From NCBI GenBank assembly GCA_965242965.1, contig OZ251518.1, forward strand, positions 3,392,001-3,456,000: 64,000 nucleotides of DNA, in the 5' to 3' direction. Within the stretch, counting starts at the first letter, position 1. Each line of letters starts with the position of its first letter. This DNA comes from Candidatus Poribacteria bacterium. Lineage in GTDB: Bacteria > Poribacteria > WGA-4E > WGA-3G. Shown here in pieces: positions 1 through 9,858 of this stretch. Position numbers and translations under genes: made by a program. The notes under the pieces were generated by a model, which did not search any database, was not told the DNA's origin, and saw nothing but the letters and a program-made list of their open reading frames with translations.

Positions 1-16
1 AAATTTGCAAATAAAC

Positions 17-46
17 TTGACAAATACCAAACAGATAGGGTATAAT
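17..46 (+). promoter_or_regulatory. sigma70-type promoter
   Basis: TTGACA (17-22), 18 nt, TATAAT (41-46), upstream of the gene at 76. Confidence 0.8.
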
Positions 47-75
47 AGAATTAAATTTTACCACTAAGGAATCCA

Positions 76-1134
76 TTGCAAGTGCAGTTCACGTTGGCAA
101 ATCCTTATTTGACGAACGCCTTGACGGCACCTTCACCACAGAGTTATCGCGAGGCGCGGTGGCGCGAACGCGGCTATTATCCGTCCCTTCGGCCGATTTC
201 GCCTGACAGCGAAGCCGGCACCCTCATCGGGCAGATGGGTTGGGTAGGCGCGCACGCGCACGCACATCACTATCTCTGGGCATCGGCTGGCAACATGGGC
301 GCGATTTTATCTCAACCGGTAGACGAGGCATGCCTCCTCCCGTTCAACGCAGCACCACGTTACGCACTCCCCCCGAAGATTGTCGTGAAGGGACTCGCAG
401 GGAAACATGTGCTGCTCACGAAATCCGGGGCGCGCCTAGACATGATAGGCAGTGAGCATCCCGCGCTTAACGTTACGCTGATAGAGGTAGAACCGGACGG
501 GACGCACTACCGGATGCGCTTCGGCACGCCGGCACAAGCCGCGTTAACGCAAACCGGTACCGCGCCTAAGCCGACGAGTGAGATGTTCCACTACCTCCTC
601 ATTTTTGAACAGTTGGAGACACAGGGCTTCCGCGCGCTCGTCCACTTGCAACCGAAGTTTTTGAACCTTATCTCGCGCACGGAGCATGGGCACCCAGACA
701 GGTTTTACGAATTCCTGCGCGGCTATGAACCGGAAACGCCGATTATCTACGACGCATCCGGCGGTATCGGGTTCGTGCAGGAGCGCGCCCCCGGTATCCC
801 AGAACTCTCCTACGAGAGCCTGCGGCTGTTTGAGAATGCACCGAATTCGCCGCGTCATATCCTCTATTGGGTAGGCCACGGCACCTTCTCGCGAGGCGAA
901 GAACTGCTTGATGCCTACAAGCATGCCGAATACTTTGAGGCCGCGGCGCGCATGGCATGGGAGGCAAACCAACAGAAAATCGACGCGCAGGCGTATACCG
1001 AAGAGATTATCCGTTGCATCCTGCGCGAATTTGAGGCGAATCTTACCGTAACCCGCGCAGCGGAAAACGGCACCGACGCGACAGAAGTCCCCGATACCGA
1101 AACGGAACCGGAAAATCTCTATAATTATCCGTAG
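76..1134 (+). CDS. class II aldolase/adducin family protein (rhamnulose-1-phosphate aldolase-like)
   Basis: SAGNMG, PTSE, ALVHLQP and WVGHG...AEYFEAAA motifs; TTG start after AAGGA. Confidence 0.7.
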   Translation: MQVQFTLANPYLTNALTAPSPQSYREARWRERGYYPSLRPISPDSEAGTLIGQMGWVGAHAHAHHYLWASAGNMGAILSQPVDEACLLPFNAAPRYALPPKIVVKGLAGKHVLLTKSGARLDMIGSEHPALNVTLIEVEPDGTHYRMRFGTPAQAALTQTGTAPKPTSEMFHYLLIFEQLETQGFRALVHLQPKFLNLISRTEHGHPDRFYEFLRGYEPETPIIYDASGGIGFVQERAPGIPELSYESLRLFENAPNSPRHILYWVGHGTFSRGEELLDAYKHAEYFEAAARMAWEANQQKIDAQAYTEEIIRCILREFEANLTVTRAAENGTDATEVPDTETEPENLYNYP

Positions 1135-1145
1135 CAACGTCACCG

Positions 1146-1170
1146 GTAGGCGCGCTTTCAAACCGCGCCT
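1146..1170 (+). repeat. REP-like palindrome (GTAGGCGCGCTTTCAAACCGCGCCT family)
   Basis: GTAG-headed hairpin; related copies at about 36547-36575 and 49894-49918. Confidence 0.65.
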
Positions 1171-1226
1171 GCCGCCAGCATAAATTGGGCGAGGGCATCT
1201 CCCGCGCCACGAGGCAAAACAGCACT

Positions 1227-1838
1227 ATGCAAACACCGATAACGCCGCCGGAAACTACCGAATCGCAGAACGCATCTGCACCCCAGCAAAACGAACTCGA
1301 TGCCTACCTGCGCGAGAGCATCATCGGCAGCTACATCCGCAGCGTGAACAAGCGGCTGCGGACGCTCAGCCGCGAGGTAGAAGAAAGCGAGCAGCGCGTC
1401 GATGAAAAAATCGACGAACTGGAAACACAATTCCAAACCGAACTGGAGGCACTGAAAGCAGAAATTCGGAACCTGCCGCAGGGGTTGGAGTCGCTCATCG
1501 ATGCACGTATCGACGCGCGCCTCAACGGCATGACGCACCAAGGCGAAGACGACTTACAGAAGTTGTCCACCCTCATCAACGACTTCGCCCGCGAGTTCCA
1601 AACGCAACTGGACAGGCTTCGCACCGAAACGCAACGGGTCCGCGAGCAGACGCAGCGAACCCAGGAGGCACTTCGCGCCGAACTCGCCGATGAAACCGAG
1701 ACACTAGACATCGGCAAAGTAGACAGGCTCACACTCGCCGATGCGCTCATTACCCTCGGCACGCAACTTAAGGAAGAACACCCGAATGACATCGATCTGG
1801 ACGAAGTCCTCGCGCTCCCAGAAGAGCCCGAAGAATAA
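1227..1838 (+). CDS. coiled-coil hypothetical protein
   Basis: E/L/R-rich heptads; ATG at 1227 preferred over TTG at 1185. Confidence 0.7.
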   Translation: MQTPITPPETTESQNASAPQQNELDAYLRESIIGSYIRSVNKRLRTLSREVEESEQRVDEKIDELETQFQTELEALKAEIRNLPQGLESLIDARIDARLNGMTHQGEDDLQKLSTLINDFAREFQTQLDRLRTETQRVREQTQRTQEALRAELADETETLDIGKVDRLTLADALITLGTQLKEEHPNDIDLDEVLALPEEPEE

Positions 1839-1850
1839 CGGAGACACATC

Positions 1851-2906
1851 ATGCGCGATTTAAGAGGCGGATATAGACAGCCGCGCTTACAGTATCTCGC
1901 AATGCTATGGCTCATTTTCGTGTTACCTGTCGCTGCCGAAGAGATAACCGTCCTCGCTGTCGGCGATATTACTATTGGCACGCGGTTGACATACCTCATT
2001 GAAACGGAAGGCGCGCGCGTCTTTTTTGAGGGCACCGCGCCGCTCATTCAGTCCGCTGACATCGCCACCGCCTCGCTCAACACCAGCATCTCCGAGAGAG
2101 GCGAACCGCGCTACGGAATCAAGCATCCGTTTCGGGCAGCACCGGGACTCGGCCGCGCCCTCGCCAACGCAGGGTTCGATGCCGTCACACTCGCTACGCC
2201 GCACAGCATGGACTTCGGGGTGGAAGCACTCCACGACAGCCTCGCCGAACTCAAGGCGTTCAACGTCAAACCGCTCGGAGCCGGACTAACAGCAGCGGCG
2301 GCCCGGCAACCGGCGTGGGTAACCGTGAAAGGCACGGAAAAACAGGTAGCATTGCTCGGCTATTACCGGCACAGCGAATTCGCACAATATACCGAAGACC
2401 CGGTTGCGTATGCCGTTTACAGCGACATGGTAAACGCTGTCAAGAAGGCACGCGACAAGGCTGCACTCGTCATCGTCTGGCTGCACTGGGGCACCGCCGC
2501 ACCCGATGAGGAGAAACGAGAAACAGCTGTCGGTAGGCAACAACTCTTCGCGCAAATGCTAATTGACGCAGGCGCAGACATGGTGCTTTGTCAACAATTG
2601 CATACCTTCGGTGGGATGGAAATTTATCGCGGGAAACTGATTGTCTACAGCCTCGCCGATTTCCTTTACGATGCTTACGCCAAGCAACATGCACACATCG
2701 TTATCCCGAAGGCGACGTTCATGGACAGCACGCTAGTCTCAATAGAACTGATTCCGATTGCGACAGAAACACCGGATGCAGTCTATCAACCGCAACGCCT
2801 CCACGGTGCAGCCGCCGTTGAGACGTTGCAAGCGTATCAACAGCGGTGCAAGAAGTTCGACACGGAGGTAACCCTTGAAGGAGAACGTGGATGGATTCGG
2901 CCCTAA
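1851..2906 (+). CDS. CapA family (PGA_cap) metallophosphatase-like secreted protein
   Basis: AVGDI, AGFDAVTLA.PH.MDFG, LHWG, GADMV and YSLADF motifs; signal peptide. Confidence 0.85.
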   Translation: MRDLRGGYRQPRLQYLAMLWLIFVLPVAAEEITVLAVGDITIGTRLTYLIETEGARVFFEGTAPLIQSADIATASLNTSISERGEPRYGIKHPFRAAPGLGRALANAGFDAVTLATPHSMDFGVEALHDSLAELKAFNVKPLGAGLTAAAARQPAWVTVKGTEKQVALLGYYRHSEFAQYTEDPVAYAVYSDMVNAVKKARDKAALVIVWLHWGTAAPDEEKRETAVGRQQLFAQMLIDAGADMVLCQQLHTFGGMEIYRGKLIVYSLADFLYDAYAKQHAHIVIPKATFMDSTLVSIELIPIATETPDAVYQPQRLHGAAAVETLQAYQQRCKKFDTEVTLEGERGWIRP

Positions 2907-4812
2907 CACCCTACAACGTGGCTTCACGCCGAAGGTGGTTATCGCCGCACTCATCCTCATACCCCTCAACGTTTTTTGGATTATTCAACTGGAGGTAGTC
3001 CGCTATACACACCCGACGCTCATCCATCCGCTGTCCAACGTCATCTTCATCCTCTTTTGGCTGATGGTGCTCAGCGCGATGCTCGGCGCATTCTCAAAGC
3101 AGTTGCGTCTATCAGGTGCCGAGTTGCTCACGCTCTATGTCATCTTGTGCATCGTCTCCTCGCTTTGCTCGCACGATATGATGGAGATACTCGTCACGAT
3201 TCTGGGGCATCCGTTTCGGTTCGCGACACCGGAAAATGAGTGGGCACAACTCTTCTGGAAAGAACTGCCGACGTGGCTAACAGTGCAGGATGCCAGCGTC
3301 TTGTCCGGCTATTACGAAGGGAATTCCACCCTTTACGAGAAGGCACACCTCCGCGCATGGGCAGGCCCCGCGGCGTGGTGGACGCTCTTCATCCTCGTGT
3401 TGATGGGCGTTATGCTCTGCATCAACACGCTTCTCCGGCTGCAGTGGACAGAGCGCGAACGGTTGACGTATCCCATCATCCAACTGCCGCTCGCAATGAC
3501 AGAGGGACAAACAAGTTTCTTTAAAAACAAATTGATGTGGATAGGTTTCAGCATCGCCGCAGGCATCAGCATCCTGAATTTATTGAACTCGATTTACCCG
3601 GCGGTGCCGTATCTCCCCATCAAACGGCAAAACATACACCAATATTTTACCGGCAGACCTTGGAATGCGATGGGCGGCGTGCGGCTCTCGTTTTATCCGT
3701 TCGCCATCGGCATCAGCTATCTCATTCCGTTGGACCTGCTGTTTTCCTGCTGGGTATTCTATTGGCTCTATAAGTTTGAACTCATGGGCGGCAGCATCAT
3801 CGGCGTGCGAAGTTTACCCGGCTTTCCGTATGCCGATGCACAAGCACTCGGCGCATATCTCGCGCTCCTCGGCAGTGCCGCGTGGATAGGCCGCTCGCAC
3901 TTGAGATACATCATCGCCTGCATTCGTGACAGCAGTGCCGACATGCAACACGAACCGATGCCCTATCGCATCGCGCTCCTCGGCATCGTCATCGGCATGC
4001 TCTTTTTGACGGTATTTTCGTATCAGGCAGGCATGTCGCTCTGGGTGATTCCGCTATTTTTCGGGATATACTTCCTACTAGCGACGATGATTGCAAGGTT
4101 GCGCGCCGAACTCGGGTTCCTCGTGCACGATTTGCACCAGATCGATCCGCACGGGACACTCGTTACGCTGTTTGGCACACAACGGTTGACAGTGGGAACC
4201 AAAGCAGTCTTCTCACTTTACATGTTCTTTAACCGGGCCTACCGCGCGCATCCGATGCCGCAGCAGTTGGAAGCATTCAAAATCGCCGAACGAAGGCAAA
4301 TCAATCCGCGTCACACCGTCGCCGCCGTATTCTTCGCCACCGTTGTCGGTGCAGTCGTCGTCTTCTGGTTGCTGTTAGACAGTTACTACCGGCACGGTGC
4401 CGAGACAGGCTATTACGGCCCGTGGGCATTAGGCTTCGGGAGAGGTGTGTATCGGCAACTCGAAAACTGGCTGAACTATCCGCAAGGCACGGATGTCCCT
4501 GCGCTGGCGTTCGTGGGCGGCGGCTGCGCCTTTGCGGTTGGGATGATGGTGTTACGCACCCGGTTCTTGTGGTGGCCCCTGCATCCACTCGGCTACGCGA
4601 TGGCGAACAGTTGGGGGATGTATAACCTTTGGAGTTGCATTTTTGTCGCGTGGATAGCCAAGGCACTCGTGCTGCATCAAGGCGGACTGAAGGCGTACCG
4701 ACGGACGGTGCCCCTCTTTCTCGGGCTCGCCCTCGGTGACTACCTCTGCGGCAGCCTGTGGAGCATCGGTAGCATCATCGCGAACACGACGCTTTATCAA
4801 TTTTGGCCGTAA
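2887..4812 (+). CDS. DUF6785/DUF6784-like polytopic membrane protein (putative transporter)
   Basis: Many TM helices; QW.ERERL.YPI.QLP and WWPLHPLGY motifs; start codon uncertain (2875 or 2887). Confidence 0.7.
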   Translation: MDGFGPNTLQRGFTPKVVIAALILIPLNVFWIIQLEVVRYTHPTLIHPLSNVIFILFWLMVLSAMLGAFSKQLRLSGAELLTLYVILCIVSSLCSHDMMEILVTILGHPFRFATPENEWAQLFWKELPTWLTVQDASVLSGYYEGNSTLYEKAHLRAWAGPAAWWTLFILVLMGVMLCINTLLRLQWTERERLTYPIIQLPLAMTEGQTSFFKNKLMWIGFSIAAGISILNLLNSIYPAVPYLPIKRQNIHQYFTGRPWNAMGGVRLSFYPFAIGISYLIPLDLLFSCWVFYWLYKFELMGGSIIGVRSLPGFPYADAQALGAYLALLGSAAWIGRSHLRYIIACIRDSSADMQHEPMPYRIALLGIVIGMLFLTVFSYQAGMSLWVIPLFFGIYFLLATMIARLRAELGFLVHDLHQIDPHGTLVTLFGTQRLTVGTKAVFSLYMFFNRAYRAHPMPQQLEAFKIAERRQINPRHTVAAVFFATVVGAVVVFWLLLDSYYRHGAETGYYGPWALGFGRGVYRQLENWLNYPQGTDVPALAFVGGGCAFAVGMMVLRTRFLWWPLHPLGYAMANSWGMYNLWSCIFVAWIAKALVLHQGGLKAYRRTVPLFLGLALGDYLCGSLWSIGSIIANTTLYQFWP

Positions 4813-4945
4813 TTAGAATGGAGTTTTCATATTTGTGAAAACTTAGCCTAAGGAACGTAGGCATCAACATAACGTCAATCTCAACGACAGCCCTGGGAAG
4901 GGACGCTTAGTTCACAACTGGAACGCTTTGCATCAGGAGGAAAAT

Positions 4946-7474
4946 ATGGAAATGGAAGAAAGAGAAGACACACAAAACGAACATAAGCGCGAACCGCGCG
5001 CACCCGAAAAAAAACAGAACCGGGAGTTCCCGGTGCTTCCGCTGGATGATCTGGTGGTTTTTCCGTATATGCCGCCTGTTCCGCCGTTCCCGCCGCACCA
5101 CGTCGCGCTTTCCGGCGAAATGGCGACAGCCGCCGTGGAGGCGACGACGCGGAGCGAACGCGGGCTTTGCATCTTCCGGCCGAACCCCGACATCACCTAT
5201 GAGCAGATTCCAAACATCACCAAGGCAGACCTGAGTCCTATCGGGAGCCTCGTCCACATCCTTCGCTTTAAAAAAGACGACGGCGATATTCTCTTCCTCG
5301 CGCACGGACGCGAACGCGTCACGATTGAGGAGATTCTCTCCACCGAACCCTTTATCACCGCGCGCATCGCTATTGTCAACAGCGAACCCGAAGAACAAGA
5401 TGCCGAGTATTACCCAAATTTGGAATTGGAGGCACTCGTGCGCAGCAACGAGGAAATGTTCCAGCGCATTGTCGCCATGTCCGGCCGCTACCAAGAGGAA
5501 TACGGCGCGCTTACCAAAACGATAGAGCAGCCCGGCCGCCTCGCCGACTATATCGCCGCTGTGCTTGACTTAAAACCTGCCGATAAGCAGCGGATTTTGG
5601 AGGCGGTGTCCATCACGAAGCGGTTGAATTCCCTCGCCATCATCCTCGCGCGGGAACTCGATTTGCACGAATTGGAGAATAAAATCCAGCACAGCGCGCA
5701 ATCCGTCATTAACAAAGGCCAGCGCGAATACTATCTCCGCGAACAACTCAAAGCCATTCAGACAGAACTCGGCGAAGCGGAAGACCTCGGGCTGGAAACC
5801 GACGAACTCCGCGAACAACTCCGCACCACTGCCATGCCCGAAAAGGCGAAACAGACTGCGGAGAAGGAGCTCAAACGCCTCTCGAAGATGCAGTCTTTCT
5901 CACCGGAATCTACCGTCTCTCGGAATTACCTCGATTGGCTTCTCAACCTACCTTGGGAGGTAAGCACCGAAGATAGTTTAGACCTGGGTGCAGCAAAGAC
6001 CGTTCTTGACGAAGACCACTACGGCTTAGAGAAGGTAAAAGAGCGGATTGTCGAACACCTCGCCGTGCGGATGCTCCACACGCGGCGCGCAAAGGATGAC
6101 AGTGACACCGAAAGCGAAACAAGCGAGGACGTTGATTCGCAAAAGCCGGCGGCTTTTCTCACGCCTGAAATGAAAAGCCCGATTTTCTGCTTTGTCGGGC
6201 CGCCGGGTGTCGGCAAAACGTCCCTCGGCCGCTCCATCGCCCGCGCCATGGATAGGAAGTTCGTCCGCGTTTCCCTCGGCGGTATGCACGATGAAGCAGA
6301 AATCCGCGGGCACCGCCGCACCTACATCGGTTCGATGCCGGGGCGTATTCTGAAAGGCCTCCGCAACGCCGAATCCAACAATCCCATCTTTATGCTTGAT
6401 GAGATTGACAAACTCGGTTCCGATTTCCGCGGCGACCCGGGTGCCGCCCTGCTCGAAGTGCTGGATCCGGAGCAGAACCACGCCTTCACCGACAACTACC
6501 TTGATGTCCCGTTCGATCTTTCCAAGGTGATGTTTATCACCACGGCGAATCAACTGGACACGATTCCTATCGCGCTGCGCGACCGGATGGAGACGCTTGA
6601 ACTCGCCGGCTATACCGCCAACGAAAAACAGCAGATTGCCAAGCAGTATCTCATCCCGCGCCAACTCACGGCGAACGGACTGACGGCGGAACAGCTGCAC
6701 ATTGAGGATGCGGCAATAGATACCGTCATCGGTGGGTATACCCGTGAGGCAGGCGTGCGGAATTTGGAGCGCGAACTCGGCACCCTCTGCAGAAAAGAAG
6801 CACGCCGTGTCGCTGAAGGCATGACAGCCGGAACAACGAAGATTTCGGCGAAAAGCATCCCCGATTACCTCGGGCCGGAGAAGTTCACCGCCGAAGTCGC
6901 CGGCCGCAAGGCGGAAATCGGTGTCGCCACCGGGCTCTCTGTCACCCCTGCAGGCGGCGAAATCCTGTTCGTGGAGGTAGCCACGCATTCCCGCGCCGAT
7001 GGTGACAGAGAACGCGCGCACTCGTCGCAACTCCGCATCACCGGACAACTCGGAAATGTGATGCAGGAATCGGCGCAGACCGCGCTCAGTTACGTCAAAT
7101 CGCAAGCGGAGGCACTCCACTTTAACCCGGGCGTGTTGGATACCGACATCCACATCCATGTCCCCGCCGGCGCGATTCCAAAGGACGGCCCCTCGGCAGG
7201 CATTACGATGGCTACCGCCCTCGCCTCCATCGCCACGGGGAAACGCATCAGTCCGGATATCGCGATGACAGGCGAACTCACCCTGCGCGGCAGAGTCTTG
7301 CCTATCGGTGGCCTGAAAGAGAAAATTCTCGCCGCCAAACAGGCGGGCATCAAGAAGATTATCGTCCCGCGCGGCAACGAAAACCATTTTGTCGATATCC
7401 CGGAAGACATTCAAGCCGGGATAACGTTCCGTTTCGTGGAATTTATGAGCGAAGTTTTTCAGGAGATATTTTGA
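4946..7474 (+). CDS. lon: ATP-dependent Lon protease
   Basis: GPPGVGKTS Walker A, MLDEIDK Walker B, PKDGPSAG catalytic Ser, GGLKEK Lys; AGGAGG RBS before ATG 4946. Confidence 0.97.
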   Translation: MEMEEREDTQNEHKREPRAPEKKQNREFPVLPLDDLVVFPYMPPVPPFPPHHVALSGEMATAAVEATTRSERGLCIFRPNPDITYEQIPNITKADLSPIGSLVHILRFKKDDGDILFLAHGRERVTIEEILSTEPFITARIAIVNSEPEEQDAEYYPNLELEALVRSNEEMFQRIVAMSGRYQEEYGALTKTIEQPGRLADYIAAVLDLKPADKQRILEAVSITKRLNSLAIILARELDLHELENKIQHSAQSVINKGQREYYLREQLKAIQTELGEAEDLGLETDELREQLRTTAMPEKAKQTAEKELKRLSKMQSFSPESTVSRNYLDWLLNLPWEVSTEDSLDLGAAKTVLDEDHYGLEKVKERIVEHLAVRMLHTRRAKDDSDTESETSEDVDSQKPAAFLTPEMKSPIFCFVGPPGVGKTSLGRSIARAMDRKFVRVSLGGMHDEAEIRGHRRTYIGSMPGRILKGLRNAESNNPIFMLDEIDKLGSDFRGDPGAALLEVLDPEQNHAFTDNYLDVPFDLSKVMFITTANQLDTIPIALRDRMETLELAGYTANEKQQIAKQYLIPRQLTANGLTAEQLHIEDAAIDTVIGGYTREAGVRNLERELGTLCRKEARRVAEGMTAGTTKISAKSIPDYLGPEKFTAEVAGRKAEIGVATGLSVTPAGGEILFVEVATHSRADGDRERAHSSQLRITGQLGNVMQESAQTALSYVKSQAEALHFNPGVLDTDIHIHVPAGAIPKDGPSAGITMATALASIATGKRISPDIAMTGELTLRGRVLPIGGLKEKILAAKQAGIKKIIVPRGNENHFVDIPEDIQAGITFRFVEFMSEVFQEIF

Positions 7475-7495
7475 AGTCTTCAAGGAGATATTCTC

Positions 7496-9691
7496 ATGAG
7501 AAGGCACACATTTTTCGTCGCAACGCTCGTGCTTTTCATCGTGACACTCGCATCGGCGCAGGCGAACATGATGACAAGCGAAACGCCGCAGTTCCTCAAA
7601 GATGTCGCCCCGATTTTGGATAAACAGGGGTGCTCCGTTGGCATGTGTCACGGCAAATTCGGTGGGCAAGGCGGGTTCAACCTCTCGCTGCTCACGCTCA
7701 ACCCCGAATCCGATTACGAACCGATTGTCCATCACAACCGCGGTAGACGTATCAACCTGCTTGAACCGGCACAGAGCCTCTTCCTGCTTAAGCCGACTGG
7801 ACAGGTGCCGCATGAAGGCGGCGTGCGGTTTGAGCCGGGCTCCGATGAGGCGTTAACGATTCTGCGCTGGATTGAAGCCGGTGTTCCGTTTCCCGCCGAT
7901 GCACCGCGTCTCGCGAAATTAGAAATTCAACCGAGCGAACTCGTGCTGACATCGCCTGACGTGCCCGCACAACTGGAGGTGCTCGCGCACTGGACAAACG
8001 GGGCCGTCGAAGATGTCACCGCGCAAGTTGTCTATGAATCGAAGGACCCGGCCATCGCCGAAGTCAGCGCAACCGGCGAAGTCACACGTCTCCGCTGGGG
8101 CGGCACCGCTATTCTCGCGCGCTACCTCGGCGAGGTAACCGCGGCGTTCGTCACGCTGCCGCGCGAGACTGCCATCGCAGACACAGATTTCCCTGAGCCG
8201 GCGAACTATATCGACGAACACATCTTCGCGAAACTGAAGAAATTGAACGTTCAACCCTCGGCACTCACTACGGATACCGAGTTTCTGCGCCGAGTTTATC
8301 AGGATACCATCGGTAGGTTACCGACACCGGCAGAAGTCCGCGCGTTCCTTGCCGAGACGCATCCGGACAAACGCGCCCGGTGCATCGACAAACTTCTCAA
8401 TACTTCGGCGTGGGTAGATGTGCGCACGCTCGCGCTCGCCGATATGCTACGCATCCATCCCCGCGACTTGGGCAACGGCGCGTTCGGCGAACGCGGCGCG
8501 ACGCTCTTTCACGAATGGGTGCGCGACACCGTCGCGCAGAACAAACCTTACGATGCATTCGTGCGCGAACTCATCACCGCACGCGGCAGCACTTATCAGC
8601 ACGGCCCGACGAACTACTATCGCATCGAACGGCAACCCGCCGGTAGAGCCGAGACGACTGCACAGGTGTTCCTCGGCATCCGGCTCAGCTGCGCGCGATG
8701 CCATAAACATCCGTTTGACCGGTGGACAACCGACGATTACTGGAACTTCGCCGCATTCACAGGGAAAGTCGGCACCCGCGCCGGTGAACTCTACAACGAA
8801 CAGGTTGTCTATTACAATCCTACCGGGCGCGTCATTAACCAATCCGTGCAGGGTAACCGCGGTGAAGTCGCGCAGCCGACATTCCTCGCCGGCACAACGC
8901 TCGCCGCAAATTATCAAGGCGATGTGCTACACCACCTCGCCGAATGGATGACTTCGGGGACGAACCCTTACTTCGCCAAAGCCACCGTCAACCGCATCTG
9001 GAGCCACTATTTCGGGCGCGGCATCGTGGCACCGGTGGATGACATGCGCGCCACAACGCCACCGAGTGTGGAGGGATTGCTGGAAGCACTCGCCGCCGAT
9101 TTTGTGGAAAGCGGGTTTGATACGAAGCACGTCATCCGGCAGATACTCAATTCGCGCACATACCAACTCTCCGCTGTGCCGAACGAGACAAATGAACTGG
9201 ATGACAGGTTCTTCTCGCGCTTCACACCGCGCCCGATGAACGCGCAAACCTTGCTTGATGTGCTTAACGATGTCACTGGCACACAGGAAAAGTATGGACG
9301 ATACCCGATGGGCACGCGCACGGTGCAACTGCCCCTGCCTGTCAGTTCCCGCTTCTTATCGCTGTTCGGCCGTTCCCAGCGGGAGTTCCTCGGCAATCTC
9401 GCACCGAAATTAGAACCGACGCTGACACAGGCTCTCCATCTCATCAACGCACCGTATGTGCAGAAAAAGTTGCGGAGTAAGGGCGGTGCCCTCACGCGCT
9501 TGCTGAAAACGCACCGTGAGAATCGGGAACTGATTACCGAGCTGTATCTGCGCACGTTGAGTCGTTTCCCGACAGAAGAGGAACTTGCCACAGCGGAAGC
9601 ATACCTTGCCGAGAGCCCAAAACGGCGTGAAGGTAGCGAAGACCTGGTGTGGGCCCTCATCTCCTCGCGTGCGTTCCTTTTCGTCCAATGA
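7496..9691 (+). CDS. DUF1549/DUF1553 (PSCyt2/PSD1) secreted protein with Ig-like domain
   Basis: D.EFLRRVY.D..GRLPT, FLG..L.CARCH.HPF, NPYFAKA.VNRIW.HYFGRG motifs; signal peptide. Confidence 0.88.
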   Translation: MRRHTFFVATLVLFIVTLASAQANMMTSETPQFLKDVAPILDKQGCSVGMCHGKFGGQGGFNLSLLTLNPESDYEPIVHHNRGRRINLLEPAQSLFLLKPTGQVPHEGGVRFEPGSDEALTILRWIEAGVPFPADAPRLAKLEIQPSELVLTSPDVPAQLEVLAHWTNGAVEDVTAQVVYESKDPAIAEVSATGEVTRLRWGGTAILARYLGEVTAAFVTLPRETAIADTDFPEPANYIDEHIFAKLKKLNVQPSALTTDTEFLRRVYQDTIGRLPTPAEVRAFLAETHPDKRARCIDKLLNTSAWVDVRTLALADMLRIHPRDLGNGAFGERGATLFHEWVRDTVAQNKPYDAFVRELITARGSTYQHGPTNYYRIERQPAGRAETTAQVFLGIRLSCARCHKHPFDRWTTDDYWNFAAFTGKVGTRAGELYNEQVVYYNPTGRVINQSVQGNRGEVAQPTFLAGTTLAANYQGDVLHHLAEWMTSGTNPYFAKATVNRIWSHYFGRGIVAPVDDMRATTPPSVEGLLEALAADFVESGFDTKHVIRQILNSRTYQLSAVPNETNELDDRFFSRFTPRPMNAQTLLDVLNDVTGTQEKYGRYPMGTRTVQLPLPVSSRFLSLFGRSQREFLGNLAPKLEPTLTQALHLINAPYVQKKLRSKGGALTRLLKTHRENRELITELYLRTLSRFPTEEELATAEAYLAESPKRREGSEDLVWALISSRAFLFVQ

Positions 9692-9858
9692 GAACGTCGG
9701 CGCGAAGGTTCTTCCCAACGCGCCTCTAGGTGTAGCTCAGAAATGCAAGCCTTGACAACGTCAAGACGGCCTGATAAATCAACGTTCACTGCACAATAGC
9801 AGTTGAACAACCGCTAGGAAATACGAAAAACTGAACAACCGCTAGGAAGAACAAAAAC

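Noticed and set aside
6026-7813. 595-aa antisense ORF
   Set aside because: It is the shadow frame of lon and has no motifs of its own.
9729-9800. tRNA beginning GGTGTAGCTCAG
   Set aside because: No D-loop GG, T-loop GTTCRA or acceptor stem follows.
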